Shown: piece after piece, positions 38,101 through 50,492 of the stretch
Layout: each line of letters begins with the position of its first letter
Position numbering within the stretch: position 1 is the stretch's first letter
NCBI RefSeq assembly: GCF_024521635.1
Contig: NW_026250427.1
Location: 1 to 64,000, forward strand
Length of the DNA: 64,000 nucleotides
Direction: 5' to 3'
Source: Tricharina praecox
Lineage: Eukaryota
The notes under the pieces: model-generated
Database searches by the model: none
The model's input: the letters and a program-made list of their open reading frames with translations, nothing else
What the model was told of the DNA's origin: nothing
Translations under genes and position numbers: made by a program

Positions 38101-38624
38101 TCGGTTAACTATTTCTTGACACCGGACGCGTGGTTCCCACACTCTGCTGGATCCCATGCTAGTTAGAGCATACTTCCGTGGGGGGATATGTCGCGTGAGT
38201 TGAGTTGAGTAGGCGAGGAGGAGGAGGGAGGGGGGGGTTTCTTTCTTTCTTTTTCCCTCCCTCCGAGACAATAAGGGGTGCAGTGCTGTGCAGTGGAAGT
38301 AACCACAGCCGCCGGCATAGCTGAATAGAGTACTCGCCATAATAGCTTCGATAAGACGACGACGGGTAGGGAGCTGTGTTGCAACTTGCATCGGAGCGAG
38401 TACATAGGGTCGAGACTGCCGATCGATTTGGCTGCCGACGGGAGGTTGTGGATTGGATGCATGCTCCGTTACTATTCCTCTTTCTTTCTTTCTTTCCTTT
38501 GCTTTTCTATATCTACTTCTGCCTACTAGTATAGCACTCTCGTTCTCTCACGCTCTCACTCACTCCCTCTCACGCTCTCTCTCGCCCCTTTGCTGTGACC
38601 GCACATCATCATCATCGCTAGGCA

Positions 38625-40653
38625 ATGATGCAGAACGACGACGACGACGAGAGCGCGGGGGGTGGAATCGAGGTTACGAAAACAGTGTCGTCGCAGCAGT
38701 CGGATCCGAAGGGGGGCGAGGCGGGAACCGGAACGGGGACTCGGAGGGCGCAGGCGAAGGGGATGGCAATGGATTGGTTGACGGCAGCGTGGGACGAGAC
38801 GGTGTTTCTGACGACAACAAAGGAGGGTCTGATTGGCGATTACGAGTACGTCCGTCTGTCGTCCTCCGTATATCACGGCGTGGATATAAGCAGGCGGGAG
38901 GGGAAGGGGGCCGTGGTACAGGTATTAACGAGCTAGGAATTTCAAGCTATGCGTACCTCCTGACACCCGACATCCCGCCGTTCAATCGCAAGTATAAGGG
39001 CCGCTCGCAGCCGTTTTTTGGCGTGGACGACCGGATACCGCTGCTGCTCACGCTGCTGCTGGGCATTCAGCACGCACTGGCTATGATTGGGGGTGGTATG
39101 TGCCGTCTCACTCGGCGTAGGGATGGGGGTAATGCTGATGTTTGGCAGCCGTGTCGCCGCCGCTCCTCATCGCTGGCGCCTCCGGGGCGAATCTCACACC
39201 TGATGAGGTCTCGTATCTGGTATCGGCATCGTTGATCCTCTCCGGCGTGTTCAGCTTCTTCCAGATCGTGCGCTTCCGCATCTTCAACACCGGCCTCTGG
39301 ATCGGCACGGGAATGCTGAGCGTGGTCGGAGAGTCGTTCGCAGTGGTGCCGATCGCTCAGGGCTTCATGGCTGGCGAATACGCGGCTGGTCGTTGTCCCA
39401 CGTCCGATGAAGGACAGAAGTTGCCGTGTCCGAAGGCGTACGGACAGCTGCTGGGGACAGTATCGCTCGTCATGCTGTTCCAGGTCGCCATGAGTCTGAT
39501 CAAGCCGAGGTACCTGAGGAAGATCTTCCCGAAGCTTGTGAGCGGGATGGTACTCATGTGCATCGGTGCGGGGCTGGTGGCGAGTGGGATGAAGAGTTGG
39601 GCTGGCGGCTCGGGGCCGTGCATGATGCGGCCGAAGGATGGGTTTTTCGCATTGTGTCCGGACATCGGTATGGATGGGATCCAATTGGACTGCGAGCGAA
39701 TGCCATCGAGTGACTGACTTGCTGCAACCCTAGATGCCCCCAACCCACTGCCCTGGGGCCACCCCAAATTCCTCGGCCTCGGCTTCCTGGTCTACGTCAC
39801 GATCCTGATCGTCGAAATCTGGGGATCACCGCTGATCCGCAACGGCTCCGTAGCCATCGGCCTCTGCATCGGCGCCCTCGTCGGCGGCCTAACCGGCTAC
39901 ATCGACAGCTCGACCATCACCTCAGCACCGAAAGGCACCTTCCTCTGGACACACACGTTCCCGCTCGGCCTCAACGGCAGTCTCGTGCTCCCCCTGATCG
40001 CCTGCTGCCTAACCACGCTCGTCAGCTGCCTCGGCGACGTCGTCGCCACCGCCGAAGTCTCCCGGCTCGACGTCGACGGCCTCGGCATCGACGCGCGGGT
40101 ACAGGGCGGACTCACCGCTGACGGCGTGTGGAGCGTGCTCGCGCCCCTCGCCACCACCACGCCCACCGTCCTGTTCGCGCAGAACGTTGGCGTGATCGCG
40201 CTGACCGGCTGCGCCTCCCGCCGCGCCGGCTACGCCTGCTGCGTCTTCATGATTCTCGCCGGCGTTGCTAGTCGCTTCGGGGCCGCTATCGTCGCGCTGC
40301 CCCCCAGCGTCATCGGCGGGATGACGACGTTCCTCTTCACCAGCATCGTCGTCAGCGGTATCTCAATCCTGTCAAAGTGCAGGTGGACCAGCAGGGACAG
40401 GTTCATCGCCACTGCCGCACTGGTCTTCGGCATCAGCGATCTTGTCGTCCCCGACTGGCCGAGGTACTTGTTCCCCGACGGCGGATCGGTCGGCGTCGAG
40501 GGGCTCAAGGATGGGCTGGCGCTGATCGTTGGCACGAGCTATTGCATCGTTGCCCTGGTCGGAGTGCTGCTCAATGCGGTTATTCCTCAGGATAGAGGCG
40601 CTGAGGATATATTGCCGCAGACGGAGGGGGCGGATGGCGCGAAGGCCGATTGA
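38625..40653 (+). CDS. Nucleobase-ascorbate transporter (NAT/NCS2), UapA/UapC-like purine permease
   Basis: GLIGDYDYAYL, GIQHALAM (QH motif), LPWGHPKFLGLGF, NAT signature FAQNVGVIALTGCASR. Introns 38846-38946, 39096-39148, 39668-39733. Confidence 0.92.
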
Positions 40654-40905
40654 GGAATGGGAATGGCAGCGCAGATGGGCGGTTTGCTTGTAGCCTTGTA
40701 TACTAGAAATCTTAATGAATGTGATATCACGGTAATGGTAATGATGGTTGAGGGTTGAGGCCGATAGGGGAACTGGTGGATTGTGGGACTCCAGGTGAAT
40801 CTCACAGTTGGCACGTACTTTTGCAAATAGGAACGCTCGAGTTCAGTGGGCCCAGTGCGATTGATACATATTGCAAATGTTGAGTGATAATTAATGCTGT
40901 GTGAG

Positions 40906-41306
40906 GAATCTTGGGCTTACTATGGAGTGGAATGGGCAGACCTAAGCACAATTATCACTCCCAAGCGCATGGGCTATTCACAGCAAGCTCACTCGTCTTG
41001 ACTTTTGGAACTTGGAGCCACAAACGAGGCCAGATGTAGCTCTCAAGGTTCATTCAATCTGATTGCGCTCGGAAGCCAGCTGTGTCTGGGGGATCTTGGG
41101 CTTACTACGGGAGTGGAATGGTGGAGGGCAGACCAAAGAATAATTACCACTTCCCGGCCCGTTCAGTTCACGCTCACCATTCACGTCAAGCTCACTCGTG
41201 TTGGAACTTGGAACTTGGAGCTACATACATACATTATGTACATCCGAGGTCAAATACAGCTCGTAGCTCGCAGGGTTCATTCGATTTGATTCGATGCGAT
41301 TGCGCT
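40906..41306. repeat. Diverged tandem duplication of ~165-215 bp, followed by a (GGAACTT)n array
   Basis: ATCTTGGGCTTACTA..GGAGTGGAATGG..CAAGCTCACTCGT..TTGGAACTTGGAGC..GGTTCATTC occurs at ~40906-41069 and ~41091-41306. Confidence 0.75.
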
Positions 41307-41867
41307 TGGAACTTGGAACTTGGAACTTGGAACTTGGAAGCCTGCCGTGTCCAGGAGCTTACTACACTGTGCTAGTATATAACCCTCGCCGTACCAGTAG
41401 CCATCCACCAGGTTTGGAGCTTGGAGCTTGAAGTGTTGGGGCTTTGAAGCCGTGCAATTCAACTATCTATCTTCACATAGCTGGCTCATTCTACCCGGGT
41501 ACTCCACCTAGTTCTGATGGAATTGGAGATTGAGTGCGGGAGGGATCACTCTCACATCACTCTCTATCACTCGCCCCGGAGAGCCGGAGAACCGGAGAGT
41601 CGGAGAGTCGGAGCTTCAAAAATTGAAAGCGCGGGCCGCGCTTGGCACCGCTCGCAGCGCCCATTCGGCCCTATTATCGAGCTTGGCACGTGCGCGTGCG
41701 CGGCTCGGAGCTGGAGCTGAGCTGATTTGAGCTGAGCTGAGCGCTCACCTGTGGCATTCGGACGGGTCATTCACTCCACCCGCACAGCGCAAGAACTCCT
41801 TCAACTGGCGAAATCAACGCCGGAAAAACTTGCCCGCTATGGACAGCTGGATCTCTTGGAGTCTTGG

Positions 41868-41926
41868 GGCTGAAGTCTTGAGGCTGAAGTCTTGGAGGCT
41901 GAAGTCTTGGAGGCTGAAGTCTTGGA
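41868..41926. repeat. 15-bp tandem repeat GGCTGAAGTCTTGGA, ~4 copies
   Basis: Directly visible. Confidence 0.85.
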
Positions 41927-43216
41927 GTGAACCAGTGCCCAGCCCAATGCCCAGTGCCCAGACGAGTGCCCAGTGCCCCGTCGAGCTTGGGCTTGGGCTT
42001 GGAGTTACATAGCAGCTTTGTACTATGACATAGTGATATGTAGTGGCTTGTTCCGCGCCGTCCCCGCGCCGTTCACTCAACATCTCCAACTTTTTTTTTT
42101 GCTCGAAGGGACCAAATTCCAATTCCAATCCCACAGCAAAGCAAGCAAAGGAGCCGATCCGTGTAACAAGTATCGTACTACCGGTTATGCCGCGACTCTG
42201 CGAGTAAATATGTAGAGTAGGAATCTGACAGTATGTAAGTTTGTCAATGCGGCGATCAGTGAGTACGGTACAATATAGTAATCACAATATCGCCACTGAT
42301 GCCTTGTACATAGTGTGGCAATGGCAAAGGCATCCGGGTTCCGCTCAATTCGACTTGACTCGGCGCGGCTCGGCGTTCGTGATCGAAGCCCCAGATGTAC
42401 AATATATACAGACCTACCTACCCAAGCATGTAGTTGCATCCCTAGCAGAAGTGCAATTCACCCTCGCGGCACGGCAGTGGGCACTGGTCGGTCGGCCGGT
42501 CTGGAACATTCTTCCCATCCCTCCCGGCGACATTTGGGCTGTGTCTGCGTATAATACTCTGGAGTCAGCCATCCGCAGCGCCCAACGCCCAGCGACGACG
42601 GCGACTACGGCGACGACGACGACGAAGACGCTGACGACGCTCCGTTCCCCCTCCCCACTTATGCCCTATTCCCACTCCACCGAGTGAGCTGTAGTGACCC
42701 TTCGTCAGCCCCTCCCACAGCCGCGAAAGCAACATGTAACTACCGCCGCCGAGCCTTCCAGAAGCCATCTAGAGTATTGTACGTACATACATAGAGCGGA
42801 AAATAGCACCGAACGCCGGGCTGGGCGGGGTGGGGCGGGGCGGGGCATTGCAATTCCTGCGACTGTGACTGCAACGGCAATGTATGTAATGCATTCCTGG
42901 GGGCGGGGGGCGCCACCGCAACTCGGCACCGCGTCAGCCGGCCGGCTGCAGGGAGTGCCTAAGTACTTTGTACTGTGCATAAGTGAAGGCGGAGTAAAGT
43001 AAAGAACACGCACCAGCTTACATATACTACATACCTATAAAGAGCTGTGTATGTGGAGTAGAGTAGAGTATCCTGAGCTGGCCTGACCACACATACATTA
43101 CATATATCCTCCCCTCTTCCCCTCACACGGCCGCCCACCACCAATCCACCCACCAATCCACCAACCAACTCACCACCCCCAATCGACCAACACCATCGAT
43201 CAGTTACTCCACAACT

Positions 43217-43947
43217 ATGTCCTCCAACGATTACTACGGCGCCTCGCAGCAGAACCAGGGGCCACCACAATACTCCCAGCCGCCACCGCAAGGCTACTCT
43301 CCCGCGCCACAAGGCTACGGCAGCCCCTCCGGGTACGCGCCGCCTCACGACCCGTACGCCGCTGCCGCCGCGCAGCAGCAAGGCTACTACCAATCCCCCC
43401 CACCTGCCGCCTCATCACCATACGGCTACCCCGGGACACCACAGTCCGGGGCGCCTTCGCAGCCGGGATACCCCCCGCCCCATCAGCAGCAGCAGCAGCA
43501 GCAGGGCTACTACCAAGGCCAGCCGCAGGAGTACGCGCAGCAGGGCGACGCGCGCGGACAGTATGATCAGCAGCAGCAGCAGCAGTACGCGCAGCACCAG
43601 CAGCAGCAGTATTATCAACAGAACCCGCAGCAGAATCCGCATCTGCAGGGGTTTCAGCAGGGGCAGTATGGTGAACATCAGCAGGGCGGGCATCAGGGGC
43701 AGCAGCCGATGCAGTACGGCCCCGATGGGCAGCCGATGGGACCGAATGGTGAAAGAGGCATGGGTAGTACTATCCTCGGTGGCACTGCAGGCGCGTTTAT
43801 TGGGAGTAAGCTCGGCCTGGGAAAGTTGGGCGGCGCGGCGGCGGTATGTGTTTCTTCCCTCCTTGTGTGGGATAACAGCGGCTAATCAACGGACAGGGCG
43901 CGGTACTGGCGAATGTGCTCAACAAGAAGGGCAAGAAGCATCATTAG
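43217..43947 (+). CDS. Gln/Gly/Tyr/Pro-rich low-complexity protein with C-terminal glycine zipper
   Basis: MSSNDYYG start, QGYY/YAQQ repeats, GERGMGSTILGGTAGAFIGSKLGLGKLGGAAAGAVLAN. Intron 43844-43896. Confidence 0.8.
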
Positions 43948-44922
43948 ATCAATCTATCAATCGGGTTGTGAGGGGTGAGGGGTGAGGGGTGAGGGGTGAG
44001 GGGTGAGGGGTGGTGTGTGCGTCTGCAGGAGCTTGAGTGTCGACAGTTTTCACGAATTTCTTGGGTTATTTAGGGGTGCTTTTGGCTTTTGGGCTTTGTT
44101 TCTATTTCTATTTTTTCAACTTAATTCGTTCTTCTACATACTATCATATTTGTCCCTGTCTCGGCGTACTACCATCGCCGAAAATCCTCATCGGCTTGCT
44201 GCGGGATATGTGCTCCGGGGATACCGGTAGTGGTGCCAGCTTCGTGCGTGTGAAGGCGAAGGTCAAGGTGGTTGAATCAAGCACACGGCGAGACGAGAGG
44301 TGATGCTGTAGGTATCGAGCTCGGGCTCGGGCTCGGCGGTACACAAAACTCAGTCTCGGAGTGATGCTACCCAGACCCCACGACGACGAGGACGAACGAC
44401 GACCAGTCAGGGAGAAGACGTGCCATGTTTGATCACTCGCCTGCTGGAGGAGTCTGATTTTTTGCCCACGAGGAGTCCAGGATCTCCTACCACCTACTTG
44501 ACAGGTATGATACCATCATCAAGAGCATTAAACTTGCTTGTAGTACCCCAGCATTCCCCCGTGACTCCACCGTGTGCGTGGACTCTGGAGCCCCTCGTTG
44601 AATTACCTCCCTACATTACTGGATGACAGGCACAAGTTTTTACTAGACCTCCACCAATCACTAACACTGCACGGTATTCTAAACAGAAAAATCATCCGGG
44701 GTATATTTCACTCCGCTAGGTAGACTAGTACCGTATGCTCCGCGCTGTGCAAAACCAGGAACCTCATCCCACCTCATCCCACCGAACCGAACCAAATCAA
44801 GCAAGCAAGCAAGCAAGCAACCAGCCAGCCCTCCGCACCGTAACACCATTAAATCCCCTCATAAAATCGTATCACATTAAATCGTGTCGTAAATTACTCC
44901 CCCTTCCTCCTTCTGAGCCGTT

Positions 44923-46394
44923 CTATGCCGTCTTCTTCTGCGCCGCGGACCCCTCCTCTGTTTTCGGGTGCTTAATAGTCAAACACCAGATATCGAGGTA
45001 ATCGCAAATATTCGTGACGACATCAACAACAAAGCTTCCATGTACACCCAATGCCAGCCCCAAGGACGCAAAGACGTACGCAATTTCGTAGTGTCCGTCA
45101 CCGAGTACACTCGTGAGTCCGAACTTTGGGGCCCATGCGTCCGCGGCGCCGAACAGCATCGGCAACAAGAGGATGTTGGCGTATGGAAACTCCGACTTGG
45201 TCAGGTGCGCGGTGATTATCAGCCCCACTTGGTACGCGAAGGAGAGCCCGATGAAGAAGAGGAACGGGATCAGGTGCTGCTGCAGAATGGATGGACGCTG
45301 GGAGAGCCACAGTGGAAGCAACGTCCAGGTAACAGCGAAGGGTGCTAGCCCGGCGAGCGCGGGGAGGACGGGTAGGTCCTTGGAACGGCGGGAGCGGATG
45401 ACGTTCTGAGAGCTGTTGGGGGGTCAGTGGTGCGTTCTTGACTTGTGGTGAGGAGGAAAGAGTGGAAAAATGTGGCATCATATGTGTGTATAAAGTTGTT
45501 GCGTTGTTTATCACCATCTGTCCCGGGAGACCCGGGACTCAGGGTTAAAAACGAATAATCATTTGCCAGTGGATGGGATGGGATGTGAACCGCAGGAACG
45601 GAGTGACTGACCTCTGGAAGACATTGAACGCCAGCATAACGCCACCATACACCAGCGTCCAGTTGGCAAAGCTCAGCTTCACGATCTCCTCGGGCAACCA
45701 AGCGGGAGCCGGCAGACCCAGGGTCGGCACCAGCGCCTGCTGCCAGTAGCTCCCACCCTTGATCGCCGTGATGAGGTAGATCGCCACAAGCGTCAACACA
45801 CCCTCGACGGGTCCGGAGACGAGTCCCAAGTACAGCGTGCCGGTATGATACTCCTCCCAGGTAGTGAGGTAGAAAGCGCCCAGACTCGCAAACGCGGTGA
45901 GCAGCGTCGCCCACGACTGTCCCAGGTTCACCGTGCCCGCAAAGATTACCACTCCGAGCGTGGTATTGATCGCGTCTACACCGTGGTCAAAGAGTTCGCC
46001 GAGCGGCCCACTCTGCCCTGTCCGCCGCGCCTGCGTCCCATCGCACGCATCGAACGTCTGGTACAGGAATAGCCCGATGCCCCAGCTGGCATACACCCAC
46101 CCGGGACAATCACGGTCGAGTGTGGGGTTGTACCACAGCAGGGTCAGGAAATTGACGACGACGAAGAAGAAACCGGTTAGGGTTATCAGGTTCGGCCTGT
46201 ACGGATGTATCGTCAGAAAAGGCGGGTCCAGGAAGGAGGGGGGTAGAGGTGACGTACGCCATGGACATAGGAAACACATGGATGAAAAAGTTGGTATAGA
46301 ACGGCTTCAGGATGTACTTCGAAACCAGTGAGTGGTCCACGGAACTGTACTTGTAGGCCTTGAGATGGCGCAACTTCGACTGGCGGATATACAT
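44923..46394 (-). CDS. EPT1: Choline/ethanolamine phosphotransferase (CDP-alcohol phosphotransferase, Ept1/Cpt1)
   Basis: YKYSSVDHSLVSKYILKPF, APNLITLTGF, DACDGTQARRTGQSGPLGELFDHGVD, ICDYLDIWCLTIKH. Introns 46197-46257 and 45413-45611. Confidence 0.93.
45473..45568 (-). ncRNA. Candidate intronic box C/D snoRNA (snR47/U36-like, 18S Am619 region)
   Basis: Inside the 199-nt EPT1 intron: terminal stem TGGCA/TGCCA, box C ATGATTA, guide TTTTTAAC plus D' CTGA, perfect 8-bp hairpin, C' ATGGTGA, GCAACAACTTTA, variant D box ATGA. Both tracts are complementary to conserved 18S UAAAGUUGUUGC-N-GUUAAAAA. Confidence 0.6.
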
Positions 46395-46971
46395 CGTGGC
46401 AGCGATGTGGTGGTGGAGTTGGGGGAGGAGTGAGAAGGAGTTTGGTCCTGCCCGAGGGAGAGGGAGAGGATATAGAGGGGACGGCGGGGAAAATGTGAAA
46501 AGTCAGAAGAAACTACAGTGTTCTCTTCGAACAAGCGGGATGGGGCTCCGCCAAGGCTTTATCGTTCCAGATTTTTTTAACAACGTCACTAATTTGCAGG
46601 GGTCTTCTCTTATCTTGAACGGGAGAACATCGGCATCGGCATCTGACATCTGGGAATCCTGGAGCATCACTAGGTAGGTTGATTATCGCTATGGAGCATC
46701 TCGAGCCCAAAACATTCCCTACGTCAAGTAATTGGAACCAGTTATGAATGCAAACCGCAAGATAACAAGATGGATCACCAGTGGAAAAACAGAAAGTTCA
46801 CGTATCGGCGGGAGGGTACCCGTCTCCCGGGAAGCTCCACCTCCCGTTCGCACGGCAAAATTAAAGCTGGAAATATCACGCGCGTGTAAAAATACGTCAC
46901 CGCAGCATCCAATCACAATCGAGTAGCTAAAAGTACAATCATCGAACTATTGCACGTGTCCTAGCCACCCC

Positions 46972-47732
46972 CTACGAGCCATTAACCTGCTGCTGAACCT
47001 GACCCGCACCAGAATCGAACTCGGCCCAAGCCTGCTCCTCTCCGGGAGCGACCCAGTCCTTTACGACACCCTTGTGGTTGGCGACTCTGGCCCAGGAGAT
47101 GGTCACGACGACGATCCTCGCATCCTCGCCCTCGAGATAGCACATGCTCTCGCCGGCGCCAACACAGTTGTCGGTGTGCACCTTCTTGTAGTACGCCTCC
47201 TCGTCGGAGCCGCTGTCGATGAGATGCGCGTAGCCGAAGAGCGTGGCCGAGATCGACGACAAGCACGCCGAGTTGAGGTTCGTTAGCAGCGTGGCGAGCG
47301 ACGACTGCTGTGGTTTATCCTCAGACGGGGTGTCCGAGAACGAGGCGCGATGCGAGACCCAGTCGTGGACGAGCAGTGAGACGCGGGGGTTGGCGCGGAG
47401 ATTGAGCGTCTTCTTGGTGGCGGACTGAACGGTAAGGATGATCACCGGACCGGACGACGGATGGGTAGCCGAGGAGGCGGGGCTGGCGGGGACGGGGTGG
47501 GGTGTCACCGGGAGGAACGTGTAGTTCATCAGCGAGACGTGCGGCCAGACGCCTCCGCTCGTGGCCAGGTGGAGCTACTCCAGGCATCAGATCAAACTGC
47601 TCCGTAGATGGCGGGAGCTCGTTCGCATAGTGGATGGAGTCGGTTACTCACATAGCGCGCATTCTTGAGGGTGCTAACGACGTCGAGCGGCAGCTCGCTG
47701 GCCGCGGCCACGGAGGTAGCAGAGGAAGCCAT
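46972..47732 (-). CDS. Pyridoxamine 5'-phosphate oxidase-like FMN-binding protein (YGR017W-like)
   Basis: LKNARYLHLAT..PHVSLMNYTF, TKKTLNLRANPRVSLLVHDWV. Intron 47575-47651. Confidence 0.85.
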
Positions 47733-49002
47733 CCCGTGAGTGTTGTGGGGGTTGAGTTTGGTCGGGGGAGGGAAGGATGAAGGTGGTGGAGTGGGTGTCG
47801 GAGCTGCCAGATGGGATTTGCAATCCAATTGGCAGATGGCGAGGAGCTAGCGTGGGGGGCGGGGGGCGGGGGGCGGGGGGCGGGGGGCCAGGTATGAGGT
47901 ATGAGGTATGAGCCCTGTGTTGCTTATGGAAGCGGGGGTTGGTGGCGGCGGGCAGCGTGCTCACATGGATGACGATGTTAATCCATTTCGGCAGGCCACT
48001 TGCGCCAAGGCGGTCCGTTCCTGGAAATAGCATTACCGCATGCGGGCGTTTGTCAACATGCCGATGCGTCTCCAGGATGATGCGATTGTGTGGATCGCCG
48101 GGCAAGCTGCAACAAACAACGCCGTGCGAGTCGGCCGCCGCGAACGGATTTTCTGGCTCGGCTCGGAATGCGATGGTGGCTGCTCTGCATCAAGGGTGCA
48201 TTTGTTCCGATGCCGAAACGAGCAAGCCGAGGGGCCGCCCCTTGCGGTTCGGGACACTCGATTAGTAATTTGGCGTAGAGCAGGGCAGAGTGCCAATCGG
48301 AATCTTAGCCTCGAACGACGGATTGCCCCGCACGGCAAACGTCCTGTTTGCACGGCTGGTGATCGACTGGCCCCTCTTCCCCGCAGACCGCCAATTGCTG
48401 GCGACGGCCCGGATTTCGGGACGCTTTCCGTAGTCACTTGACGTATGCACTAGTGTGTACATACAAGCCGGTGCGATTTCTTGCCTCTCTCTCTCATTGG
48501 CAATATCATCGTAGAGGCCTGCAGAGTACCGTGTATACACAGGTTCGTCGAAGATTCCAGCATTCGGCCGTCCGTCAGCTAGTCGTTCACACCAGTTGCA
48601 TCGTCACACGGTCCCGTGGCGATCGGCGACGTCGCCAATGATCAATGCATCCCCGCCGTGTCCTGCCCTGCCCCACCCCCGGCCGCATTAGCTCGCTCCC
48701 ACGCAACAACTGCCTTGCGAGTTGCGAGGTGCGACCTCCTTCCCCGCACCCATCAAATCAGCTCCATCACGAGTGGCTGCACACAAATAGAAAGCGGGTC
48801 TTATTCTTGTGCCACCCTCCTCCTGTCCCTCCTCCTCATCATCTCCTCCCCACCCCGCTTCGTCCATCTCTCGACCAACCAACCAAACCAACCAAGCCAA
48901 ACCCACTCCACAATCATCACCGAATTCTCTCGTTTGGTCGTTTCCGTTCCCGTTCCCCTTCCCCGCGAAAGCTAGTATAGCTTGAGCTTATCCAGCACCG
49001 CC

Positions 49003-50041
49003 ATGTTCCGCCGGCAGCTCGTCGTCGCGGCCGCTGGGCGCCGCGCACTCTCGACCACCGCCGCGCTCAATGCGCAGCGGATCCCTACTCTCGGCGACGT
49101 AACGCACTCACCGCAGAACAGCGCGGCGTTCCGCGAGCGGCTCAAGGCGTACCGGGAGCAGCTTTCAGCGCAAAAGAAGGCTGCTGCGGCGGCGGCGGGC
49201 GCCAACGTCGAGCACCACAAGGGCGGCATCGTCAAGTCGATCCTGTACGGCTCGGAGAAGGGCCAGCGCGAGGAGGCGGAGATGGAGCAGTCGTACTCGA
49301 CAGTCCTTGCTAGGGGGAAATATGTCCACGCCATCGAGTTCCACCATGTCAAGCCGGATAGACACAGCGAGTATGTAGAGCTCGTCGGAAATACCTACCC
49401 AGAGATCGCTGCGGATAAGGCGAACAATTGCCATCTGGTCGGCAGCTGGAAGACCGAGATTGGCGATGGCGATACTTTCGGTATGTGCCCCCGTTCCCAT
49501 CCCTCGCCCCCCATCCCCCCCGCAGTATTGATCTTACTGACCCACGTGTGCAGTCCACATCTGGGAATACCAAGGCTATGCAGGTTACCACAACACGCTC
49601 CACAACCTCGCCACGAACACGCCCGCCTACGCAAAGTTCTCGCAATTGCTGCCCTCGTACCTAACCGGCCGACGCACGGACCTAATGCAAGAATTCTCGT
49701 TCTGGCCTACGTCTCCACCCCGCAACCTCGGCGGCGTCTTCGAGCTGCGCAGCTACACGCTCAACCCAGGCAACCTCCTGGAGTGGGAGACGCACTGGCG
49801 GGCGGGGCTGCAGGCGCGCCGGAACGTGATGGAGGGCGTCGGCGCGTGGTTCACACAGGTCGGTGCGCTGAACTCGGTCCACTACCTTTGGCAGTTCCAG
49901 GATCTCAGGGAGAGGCAGGTTGCCAGGGAAAAGAGCTGGGGCGAGAAGGGCTGGAGCCAGACGGTCCATAAGACTATTCCGCTTATTCAGAGGATGGAGT
50001 CGAGGATTCTGGTGCCGCTGCCGTGGAGTCCTGTTAGCTAG
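49003..50041 (+). CDS. NIPSNAP family mitochondrial protein
   Basis: Presequence-like N-terminus; YSTVLARGKYVH, LVGSWKTEIGDGDTFVHIWEY, FELRSYTLNPGNLLEWETHW, KGWSQTVHKTIPLIQRMESRILVPLPWSP. Intron 49481-49553. Confidence 0.92.
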
Positions 50042-50492
50042 TCGGATGGATTGCGCGATGTGATGAGCGGATAAGACGAGGGGGAGTCTGTTTTTTGTGG
50101 CTTTGATTGTTCGCATGCTGCTGCTTCTTGGGTACCTTTGGCATCGTGGGTGGTGGGTTGTTTTTCTGGCTTCTAGCTGCTTTCTTTCTGGCATCTGGCT
50201 TCTAGCTGCTTGCTTTCTAGCTGCCTGCTTTCTGGCTGCTTGCTTTCGAGGTTGACATGGCATGCATTGTCCATTCCATGTTTCTTGCCCATGTTTCTTG
50301 TCCATGTTGCATGTTGCGTGTTGTTTCCATGGAACCCTTGGATCTTGGATCCTGGAGACGAGATTGTACTCTGCTGTACTGTAGGTAGTTGCGTGGAAAT
50401 TCTACACACAGACAGCTGGTTCAATGCGAGTCTTTGGTGTTGGTGTTGTGTCGTATGTGTCGTATGGGTCGAATGGGAAAGAGATTGGAAAA

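Noticed and set aside
43968..44012. (GTGAGGG)n as an interstitial telomere repeat
   Set aside because: The unit differs from TTAGGG; it is a short 3' UTR microsatellite.
47930..48460. GC-rich stretch considered as RNase P/MRP or other structured RNA
   Set aside because: No convincing P4 consensus (GAAAGUCCCC or GGAAAUUC with its 3' partner); it is more simply the divergent promoter region of the PNPOx-like and NIPSNAP genes.
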